DNA of 34,862 nucleotides from positions 1 through 34,862 of the forward strand of contig JANNVX010000062.1 in the NCBI GenBank assembly GCA_031414595.1, in the 5' to 3' direction. This document shows, in pieces, positions 27,883 to 34,862 of this stretch. Position 1 is the stretch's first letter, and each line of letters starts with the position of its first letter. The notes under the pieces were generated by a model. It was not told the origin of the DNA, made no database searches, and saw only the letters and a list, made by a program, of their open reading frames with translations. Made by a program: the position numbers and the translations under genes. The stretch is from Deinococcales bacterium. Its GTDB lineage: Bacteria > Deinococcota > Deinococci > Deinococcales > JAAFIG01.

Positions 27883-28380
27883 ATGAATTTAATGGTCAAT
27901 GGGAAATCCATACCCGTACCAGATACGCAAACTCTCGAGCCATTGGTTTGGGTACTGCGTGACACCCTCGGGCTGGTTGGGACGCGCTACGGTTGCGGTA
28001 TTGGGGTCTGCGGCGCATGTAACATTTTGCTGGATGGCAAAGTCGTGCGTTCTTGCCAAACATCAGCCCAAGCCGTCGCAGACAAAGAAATCATCACCCT
28101 CGAGGGTCTGGCAATCGGCGAAGACCTGCATCCAGTGCAGCAAGCCTTCCTCGAGAATCCCTTGCAGTGCTGTTGGTGCATGACGGGGCATATCATGAAT
28201 GCAGTCGAATTACTCGAGACCAATAAGCAACCCAGTCCAGAGCAAATAGACAACGCCATGAACGATAATTATTGTCGCTGCGGCGGCTACAACAGCATTC
28301 GTGCCAATGTGGTCAGAGCCTCCGAAATTGCCAATTCCTTACCCAGTGCCAAGCGCCTAACCATTCGGAAGGCATCATGA
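27883..28380 (+). CDS. (2Fe-2S)-binding small subunit of molybdo-oxidoreductase (IorA/CoxS-like)
   Basis: GCGIGVCGAC..RSC, QCCWC and CRC motifs. TACGCT -10 lies 6 nt before ATG 27883. Confidence 0.92.
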   Translation: MNLMVNGKSIPVPDTQTLEPLVWVLRDTLGLVGTRYGCGIGVCGACNILLDGKVVRSCQTSAQAVADKEIITLEGLAIGEDLHPVQQAFLENPLQCCWCMTGHIMNAVELLETNKQPSPEQIDNAMNDNYCRCGGYNSIRANVVRASEIANSLPSAKRLTIRKAS

Positions 28381-30551
28381 AACGCGCTCCGAAGACTAAG
28401 CCAGACGCAGCTACCCGTTGGAAGACCACACGCCGACGTTTTTTAATTGGGGCGGGTAGCCTTGGTGTGTTGGCAGTCGGTGGGTATTTTGGTCTCGAGG
28501 CGGGTCGTCCGTTGTTGGTAGACAGAATCGAAAGTGGTGGAGCGCCCAGCAGTCCAGCCCCGAGCAATCCGAATTTATGGTTTGAAATAAAAGCCGATAA
28601 AATTATTTTCTTTGCCCCCAAATTTGAAATGGGACAAGGGATTCAAAGTGCTTTAGCCCAAATTGCCGCCGAAGAACTCGAAATAGATTGGCGCAGTCTC
28701 GAGTTGCGCCAACCTGACTCGCAACATGGTTTTTCACCGACTTTTATGTTTACCTTTGGCAGTACCTCGGTCAAGGACTTGTATAAACCCATCCGAGAAA
28801 TGGCAGCCAGTTTGCGTGAAATGCTGCGAAGTGAGGCAGCGTTGCAATTGGGTGCGGATGCTTCGAGTATCGAAATAAAAAACGGTCTGTGTAGCCTAAA
28901 AACCGATTCGAGTAAAACCTTAACTTATGGAGCGGTCGTGGCAGCCAAAAAAGGCGAATGGGTGATGCCAAAAACTCCACCCGTCCTAAAAGCCAAAGCT
29001 CAGTTCGTCAGCATTGGTAAGCCCTTAAGCCGCCTCGATGCCAAATCCAAAGTGATGGGGCAGCCAGTTTACAGCATGGATGCTCGAGTACAAGGAATGC
29101 TTTTTGGCGCTGTGGCTCGAGCGCCACGCTTTGGCGCAAAACTCGAGACGGCAAGCGCGGGGCAAGCCGAAAGTCAAACAGGTGTGGTCAAAGTGGTGCT
29201 GGATGTAGCGGGTAATTTTGCAGGTGTGGTTGCCCAAACCCGTACCCAAGCCCGCAATGCCTTAAAATTTCTCGAGCTAACGTGGGTTGGTGGTACAAGT
29301 ATTTCTCAGACCGAACTAGACACACTTGTTACCGCCAAAGCTGGAACTGGGGTGGTGATTCGCAACCGAGGCAATACCGCTTTAACTGGTGATATTGTCA
29401 CCGCTTCGTACCGCACACCTTTTGCGGCACACGCGCACCTCGAGCCGTTGGCAGCTTTAGCCGATGTCAAAGAAAAAAGCATTGATGTTTGGGTTGGCAC
29501 GCAAGCCGCCAATTCGGATGAAAGCGCGATTAAAAAAGCCGTTCCGGGCAACCGAGCCATCAAAATTTATCCAATGCAAATGGGTGGCAGTTTTGGACGT
29601 AAAGGCTCGCAGAGCGCCGCCCCAGAAGCGGCGAGATTATCGGCGGCTGTCGGAAAACCTGTTCATGTAGCGTGGACACGCGAAGAAGAAATGCAGCAGA
29701 GTTTCTACCGACCACCGACCAACACACTGCTGCAAGCCACGCTCGAGAACGGCATGATTAAGGCGGTACAACAAGTCACTGCCAGTGGCGATATTTTGTT
29801 TAGCATTATTCCGATTCCAGCTTTTATTAAAAACACGATTGGCTTTGATTTTGGAACGCTCAGTGGACAATTTCTGCCCTACAAGATTGCCAATTATCAA
29901 GTGCGAAACCAACGCATTGATTTACCAATCCCAACCGGACCTTGGCGCGGTGTCGGTTTAATGCCTAATGTTTTTGCGCTCGAGTGCTTTATAGATGAAC
30001 TGGCTGTGGCTGCTAAAACCGACCCGCTCGAGTTTCGGCTTAAACACACCTCTAACCCACGGATGAAAGCCGTCCTCGAGGATGTCCGAACCCGCAGCAA
30101 CTGGGCAAGCCCAGCCCCAAGCGGTGTGGCAAGGGGCGTGGCGTACTGCACAGCCGTGGGAACATTCGTGGCAATGGTGGTCGAAATTCGGCTCGAGGGC
30201 AAAGAAATTATCGTCGAGCGTGTGACGGTCAGTATAGACACTGGAATTGTAATCAATCCGACCAACGCGACATTGCAGGCTCGGGGTAGTGTCGTCATGG
30301 GTTTGAGTTCGACCCTGCTCGAGAAAATAACCATCGAGAATGGCGCAGTGGTGCAAACCAACTTTAAGGATTACCCACTTTTGACCCTCAAAGCCACCCC
30401 AAAAACCATTGATGTGCATTTTATGGACAGCGACCAAGCCCCTTCTGGCATGGGCGAACCTGTGATTGGACCTGTGCCGGCGGCGGTTGCCAATGCGCTG
30501 TTTGCGCTTAATGGTCAGCGTTTGCGCCAGTTGCCACTGGTTTTGGGGTAA
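28377..30551 (+). CDS. Molybdopterin-binding large subunit (IorB/xanthine dehydrogenase family), Tat-type signal
   Basis: TRRRFL, EMGQG, AHLEP, GGSFGRK, WRGVG and GMGEP motifs. ATGA overlap with the small subunit. Confidence 0.92.
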   Translation: MKRAPKTKPDAATRWKTTRRRFLIGAGSLGVLAVGGYFGLEAGRPLLVDRIESGGAPSSPAPSNPNLWFEIKADKIIFFAPKFEMGQGIQSALAQIAAEELEIDWRSLELRQPDSQHGFSPTFMFTFGSTSVKDLYKPIREMAASLREMLRSEAALQLGADASSIEIKNGLCSLKTDSSKTLTYGAVVAAKKGEWVMPKTPPVLKAKAQFVSIGKPLSRLDAKSKVMGQPVYSMDARVQGMLFGAVARAPRFGAKLETASAGQAESQTGVVKVVLDVAGNFAGVVAQTRTQARNALKFLELTWVGGTSISQTELDTLVTAKAGTGVVIRNRGNTALTGDIVTASYRTPFAAHAHLEPLAALADVKEKSIDVWVGTQAANSDESAIKKAVPGNRAIKIYPMQMGGSFGRKGSQSAAPEAARLSAAVGKPVHVAWTREEEMQQSFYRPPTNTLLQATLENGMIKAVQQVTASGDILFSIIPIPAFIKNTIGFDFGTLSGQFLPYKIANYQVRNQRIDLPIPTGPWRGVGLMPNVFALECFIDELAVAAKTDPLEFRLKHTSNPRMKAVLEDVRTRSNWASPAPSGVARGVAYCTAVGTFVAMVVEIRLEGKEIIVERVTVSIDTGIVINPTNATLQARGSVVMGLSSTLLEKITIENGAVVQTNFKDYPLLTLKATPKTIDVHFMDSDQAPSGMGEPVIGPVPAAVANALFALNGQRLRQLPLVLG

Positions 30552-30554
30552 CAA

Positions 30555-30580
30555 AAACGGGCGCTTAAAAGCGCCCGTTT
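30555..30580. terminator. Intrinsic terminator between convergent genes
   Basis: AAACGGGCGCT-taaa-AGCGCCCGTTT. Confidence 0.85.
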
Positions 30581-30584
30581 AGAC

Positions 30585-31658
30585 TTAAACGGTTTTCCAG
30601 AGCGGATTTTCGACAAAATGGGTTGGGTCTATGTCGGACATGCCGTATTTTTCTTCAAAGCCTTGGACTTTGGCGTACAGACGTTTAACATCTTCAACAA
30701 TCCCGTCAGGGTCAAAGGTTTCCCAAATGGCACTGTTTCGCATCTGTCCTTCTTCGTCGGGGATTAAACGGGTTCTTAGAATACCGGCTTCTAAACTCTT
30801 GCGGCTTTCGATGCCAAATTGCTTAAAGCCAACCGCCACCACATCACGGGCGTATTCACGGGGTCCGTAAATACCAGCTTTATAGGCGGCTTCAAAAAAC
30901 TCTTTCCAGTCGGGCATCAGGCGCTGGGCAGGCATCGCAAAGTGTTCAACCACATCGCGGATGGCTTCTAGGGTCTCGAGCGGATAGTAGTACATGTGCA
31001 GACGGGCTGCCTCGAGAAAGAAATTGTAATGGGCGGCTTCGTCGGTGGCAATGGTCAGGGCAACCTTAGCCAGAACATCGCATTTGTCGGATTCATAACC
31101 CGCTTTTGTGCCAGCCGCAATTTTACCAATGTTAATGTAATTAAGTTGTGTGGCACGTTCTTGAAAGACGGTATAAAGCAGCAAATGGAGTGGGTCTTCC
31201 CAAGGCAGTTCCCATTCTTTTTTACGCAGTTGATATTTGTATTCTTCTAATTGGGCTGGGGTTTGGCTTTTGCTAAATAAAACTGCATTTTCCCAAGTGT
31301 CGGCATGTTTTTCTTCTTCGCTGCCCCAACGAATCTGGAAATGACTGCGACCATGACTGCGCCGTACCATATCGAGGGCTTTAGAGACATAATCTGGCAC
31401 ATATTGCTCGACCGCAAAAAAGCCTTTTAGGACTGTCTGAGTAGTGGGAGAAAAATCTTGTTTCATACTGCGCCAATCAAAACCAAAATCAGCATTCCAA
31501 TTGCGGGTTTCTTGGCTGCGGCTGGTGTACCAACGGTACAAGGCTAACATGCCGCGTTCAACAAGCCTATCGCGGTAAGACCGAGACAATAAGCCAACGG
31601 GACGGGGCGGACGATCAGCTTCAATCAGTTCTCGAGGTGGGTAAATTAGGGTATCCAT
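30585..31658 (-). CDS. Acyl-ACP desaturase-like ferritin-fold di-iron protein
   Basis: WGSEEEKH, FQERAT, IATDEAAHYNFF and FAMP motifs. Confidence 0.85.
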   Translation of the reverse strand: MDTLIYPPRELIEADRPPRPVGLLSRSYRDRLVERGMLALYRWYTSRSQETRNWNADFGFDWRSMKQDFSPTTQTVLKGFFAVEQYVPDYVSKALDMVRRSHGRSHFQIRWGSEEEKHADTWENAVLFSKSQTPAQLEEYKYQLRKKEWELPWEDPLHLLLYTVFQERATQLNYINIGKIAAGTKAGYESDKCDVLAKVALTIATDEAAHYNFFLEAARLHMYYYPLETLEAIRDVVEHFAMPAQRLMPDWKEFFEAAYKAGIYGPREYARDVVAVGFKQFGIESRKSLEAGILRTRLIPDEEGQMRNSAIWETFDPDGIVEDVKRLYAKVQGFEEKYGMSDIDPTHFVENPLWKTV

Positions 31659-31712
31659 AAATGCAACCTTTCAAAAGAGGATGATAAGACGTTGTAGACA
31701 AAAACGTTTATA

Positions 31713-32081
31713 TCAATTCCGAAAACAACACCATAAGACCCGAGCATGATGCCCCAACAAGACCAAATTGCCAACTGGTAATTCGCCTTGTAAAACTGGC
31801 AGGTCGGTGTCTCGAGCCTCTGATGCCTTTTCTAAGGTACTTTGTGGCGCGTCAAACCACTGCTCGAGCAGCAGCACCAAGCTCAGCAAAACACTTTTCA
31901 ACCAACGCCGTCCAAACATGTCGGTTGACACATGGTTTTCCAGCAGTTCTGCCAGCGCCGCTAACTTAGGTAACTCGAGTTTAGGCAATTGCGCTCGAAT
32001 GCCAAATTCCCGTAAACGGCTACTCAGTCGTTGGCGCATGGCGAACAACTCGAGGTGCGAAAGCGTGGGAATCGCATTCAT
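31713..32081 (-). CDS. Hypothetical protein
   Basis: 122 aa ORF. TAGGCT -10 with extended TG lies 6 nt before ATG (leaderless pattern). Confidence 0.55.
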   Translation of the reverse strand: MNAIPTLSHLELFAMRQRLSSRLREFGIRAQLPKLELPKLAALAELLENHVSTDMFGRRWLKSVLLSLVLLLEQWFDAPQSTLEKASEARDTDLPVLQGELPVGNLVLLGHHARVLWCCFRN

Positions 32082-32239
32082 AAAAAAAGCCTAGCATTTT
32101 TGGGGTGAGAACATAGGGGCGAAAACAGGTTAAAGAAAAAGGTACTGTCATTAACAATTACACTTGTATCGTTGCACCTTCTAACCTAAAAAACGTAGAA
32201 TCGCGCCTCGAGTCCAGATTTGGACTTATGGAGGCACTC

Positions 32240-33487
32240 ATGACATTAACCACTTCTAAAACCCAAGAATTAATCGCTACCGAAACCAAATACGATTCTG
32301 GTGTCTACAACAAACACAGCATTGTTCTCGAGCGGGGCTTAGGCGCTAAGGTCTGGGATACCGATGGACGCGAATACATTGATTGTGTGGTTGGGATAAG
32401 TGTGGCGAACCTTGGGCATAGTCACCCTGAAATTGTCAAAGCCATTCAAGACCAAGCCGCTAAACTGATGGTCTGCCCGCAGACCTACCCAAATGACCAA
32501 CGTGCCGAATTTTATGCCGAGCTAATCAGCGTGCTGCCAAGCCACCTGACCAGGATTTTTCCGTGTAATAGCGGTGCGGAAAGCATCGAAGCGGCATTAA
32601 AATTTGCTCGAGTAGCCACGGGGCGCGAAAAATTTGTTGCCATGAAGCGCGGCTTTAGCGGGCGGACAATGGGCGCACTAAGCCTGACTTATGAACCCAA
32701 GTACCGCGAGCCTTTTGGTGGGTTAGTCCATGAAACCAGTTTTGTGGCGTATAACGACCTCGAGCAACTCGAAGCCGCCATAGACGACCAAACGGCGGCT
32801 GTGATTATTGAACCCGTCCAAGGCGAAGGTGGAGTCCGCCCTGCCACCCCAGAATTTTTGCGTCTGGCTCGAGCGCTAACCAAAAAACATGATGCGCTCC
32901 TGATTTTTGACGAGATTCAATCTGGTTTTTGTCGCACCGGCAAATGGTGGGGACATCAACATGCTTGTGAACCCGATTGTAGCGGGACTTGTGCGCTGGC
33001 TGGTGGCTGCGCGGTACAACCCGACATCATGACGCTGGCTAAAGCCATCGGCAGTGGCATTCCATTAGGTGCGATGACCATGACCGCTGAAGTTGCCGAT
33101 AAAATGCCAAAAGGCGGACACGGCACAACTTTTGGTGGCAATCCGCTCGCCATGGCAGCCGGAATTGCCACGATCAAATACATGAAAAAACACAATATCG
33201 CCGAGCAGTGCGCCGAGTTGGGGGCATACTTTGTCGAGAAACTACAGGGTATTCAGAGTAAAAAAATCAAGGAAATTCGCGCTCGAGGCTTACTGATTGG
33301 CGTGGAACTCAAAGAACACAGCGCTCCGTATCTCGAGGCGTTAGAACGTGACCACGCGGTACTAGCTTACAGTGCCACCCCCACGGTCATGCGTTTCTTG
33401 CCGCCCTTAACGATTAGCAAAGCCGAGATTGACCAAGTTGTGGCAGCCACCGCCGATGTTCTCGAGAAGATTAACCCCAAGGGATAG
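32240..33487 (+). CDS. lysJ: [LysW]-aminoadipate semialdehyde transaminase (class III aminotransferase)
   Basis: [37 protein letters not shown] and HGTTFGGNP motifs. GGAGG RBS before ATG 32240. Confidence 0.88.
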   Translation: MTLTTSKTQELIATETKYDSGVYNKHSIVLERGLGAKVWDTDGREYIDCVVGISVANLGHSHPEIVKAIQDQAAKLMVCPQTYPNDQRAEFYAELISVLPSHLTRIFPCNSGAESIEAALKFARVATGREKFVAMKRGFSGRTMGALSLTYEPKYREPFGGLVHETSFVAYNDLEQLEAAIDDQTAAVIIEPVQGEGGVRPATPEFLRLARALTKKHDALLIFDEIQSGFCRTGKWWGHQHACEPDCSGTCALAGGCAVQPDIMTLAKAIGSGIPLGAMTMTAEVADKMPKGGHGTTFGGNPLAMAAGIATIKYMKKHNIAEQCAELGAYFVEKLQGIQSKKIKEIRARGLLIGVELKEHSAPYLEALERDHAVLAYSATPTVMRFLPPLTISKAEIDQVVAATADVLEKINPKG

Positions 33488-34221
33488 TGATGATTAAAGC
33501 ACAAGCGGTCTCGTTTGGGTATGGCAAGCAGGAGGTGCTTAAAAACATCAGTCTCGAGGTACAGCCAGCCGAAATTCTGGCACTGATTGGACCCAATGGG
33601 GCTGGAAAAACCACACTATTAAAGCTCTTGGCGGGTTTGTTGCGCCCAAAAAGTGGCTCGGTGCAAGTGCTTGAACCTCGAGCTAAACAGGTGGCTTATT
33701 TGGCACAATCTGAAAGCCTACCGCCTGAATTTAGGGTTGAGGAAATCGTAGCATTTGGGCGTTTACCGCATCAGGGTTTACTCGGTGTGGCTAGTGGGGA
33801 AGATAAGTTGCAAATAGAAAAAGCCATGTACGCCACCGATACCACCCAATTTACCACGCGGCGGGTTCAAGACTTAAGTGGCGGTGAAAAACAACGTGTC
33901 GCACTGGCAAGAGCTTTAGCTCAAAACCCCAAAGTCTTACTGCTCGACGAACCGACCAATCATTTGGATTTGGCGCATCAAAGCGAACTGATGCAGTTGT
34001 TAAGTAACTTAAAAACAAGCGGTTTAAGTGTGGTGATGGTTGTCCATGACCTAATTGTGGCGGCTCGAGCCGACCGCGTGGCATTGCTGCACAATGGGCA
34101 ACTACAAGCCATTGGCAAACCCGAAGAAGTTCTCGAGATACCACTTTTGGAACGTGTCTATCAAACCAAGCTGGAACGTTTAACGACCCAAGACGGTCGG
34201 ATGGTGATTATCGCAACATGA
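33487..34221 (+). CDS. ABC transporter ATP-binding protein (iron/cobalamin, FepC/BtuD-like)
   Basis: GPNGAGKT, LSGGEKQR, LLLDEPTNHLD and VHDL motifs. Adjacent to cobU. Confidence 0.9.
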   Translation: MMIKAQAVSFGYGKQEVLKNISLEVQPAEILALIGPNGAGKTTLLKLLAGLLRPKSGSVQVLEPRAKQVAYLAQSESLPPEFRVEEIVAFGRLPHQGLLGVASGEDKLQIEKAMYATDTTQFTTRRVQDLSGGEKQRVALARALAQNPKVLLLDEPTNHLDLAHQSELMQLLSNLKTSGLSVVMVVHDLIVAARADRVALLHNGQLQAIGKPEEVLEIPLLERVYQTKLERLTTQDGRMVIIAT

Positions 34222-34715
34222 GTTTGGTTTTTATTACAGGCGGCGCTCGGAGCGGCAAAAGTCGTTTTGCCCTCGAAATAGCCCAGCGATTTGCACAACC
34301 CGTCACCTTCCTTGCCACTGCCCAAGCCTTTGACCCTGAAATGACCGAACGGATTCGTTTGCATCAGCTCGAGAGGTCTGGTTTAGGGTTTGTGACCATC
34401 GAAGAACCACGAAACTTAAAAAAGGCGCTGCTCGAGACCGAAGGTGTGGTGCTACTTGATTGCTTGAGTCTATGGGTTTCTAATCTGCTGCTCTCCGAAC
34501 AAACCCAAGCGATGATGCTGGCAGAATTACAAGGTTTACTCGAGCTAGAAAAAACACTGGTGATTGTTTCCAATGAAGTCGGGAGCGGTGTTGTCCCCGA
34601 ATACCCGCTTGGGCGCGAATACCGCGACTGGTTAGGACGAGCCAATCAAATCACAGCCCAAGCTGCGACCGAAGCCTATTTAATGGTGGCTGGCTTGCCC
34701 TTAAAACTCAAATAA
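34218..34715 (+). CDS. cobU: Adenosylcobinamide kinase/adenosylcobinamide-phosphate guanylyltransferase
   Basis: GGARSGKS, EMTERIRLHQ, LLDCLSLW, VSNEVG and VAGLP motifs. Confidence 0.95.
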   Translation: MSLVFITGGARSGKSRFALEIAQRFAQPVTFLATAQAFDPEMTERIRLHQLERSGLGFVTIEEPRNLKKALLETEGVVLLDCLSLWVSNLLLSEQTQAMMLAELQGLLELEKTLVIVSNEVGSGVVPEYPLGREYRDWLGRANQITAQAATEAYLMVAGLPLKLK

Positions 34716-34722
34716 CTCCATA

Positions 34723-34862
34723 GGAACTGTCCAAGAATAACTTCCTGATTTCAAATAGACCAAAAACAGACAATTGGTCACAGGGCGGACACGGGGGTCC
34801 GCCCCTACCTGACGTATTTTTATGGATTTTGTAGGGACAGACCCCTGTGTCTGTCCTGCTAG
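34723..34862. mobile_element. MITE-like element (left part) with an inverted pair of GTAG-type REPs
   Basis: Starts GGAACTGTCCAAGAATAACTTC, matching the reverse complement of the 4342 end. REPs at 34783-34808 and 34831-34856. The right end is outside the window. Confidence 0.65.

Noticed and set aside
32082-32239. Cobalamin or lysine riboswitch upstream of lysJ-ABC-cobU
   Set aside because: No recognisable B12-box or L-box consensus is present, and the region is short and AT-rich.

Overview
About 35 kb of bacterial chromosome, most likely from a member of Deinococcota. Support for that assignment: the LysW-pathway genes lysK and lysJ, many leaderless genes with a -10 box directly before the start codon, and extreme enrichment of CTCGAG. 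Housekeeping and accessory genes include a large lipoprotein, a VapBC pair, Hsp20, an ATP-grasp/alpha-E pair, a DUF1801/VOC/UvrA2/GyrI cluster, dcd, lysK, pdxH, an SDR, iorAB-like genes, a di-iron desaturase, lysJ and cobU. These flank a ~10 kb defence island (17110-26956). The island holds a type I restriction-modification operon (half-size hsdS, hsdM, hsdS, hsdR, M48 peptidase) and a divergent pair of an SSB-like gene and a Cas4/RecB-like nuclease gene. The most striking observation lies between hsdM and hsdS: two Abi-like HEPN genes (one intact, one truncated). Each has a divergently transcribed ~55-65 nt structured non-coding RNA with its own TTGACA-17bp-TAnnnT promoter and U-tail. The two RNAs are homologous and show a compensatory base-pair change, suggesting an RNA-antitoxin/HEPN-RNase module nested in the R-M operon. 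A family of MITE-like elements (TIRs plus TWA target duplication) carrying GTAG-type REP palindromes is also visible. All calls come from reading the sequence; no database searches were run.
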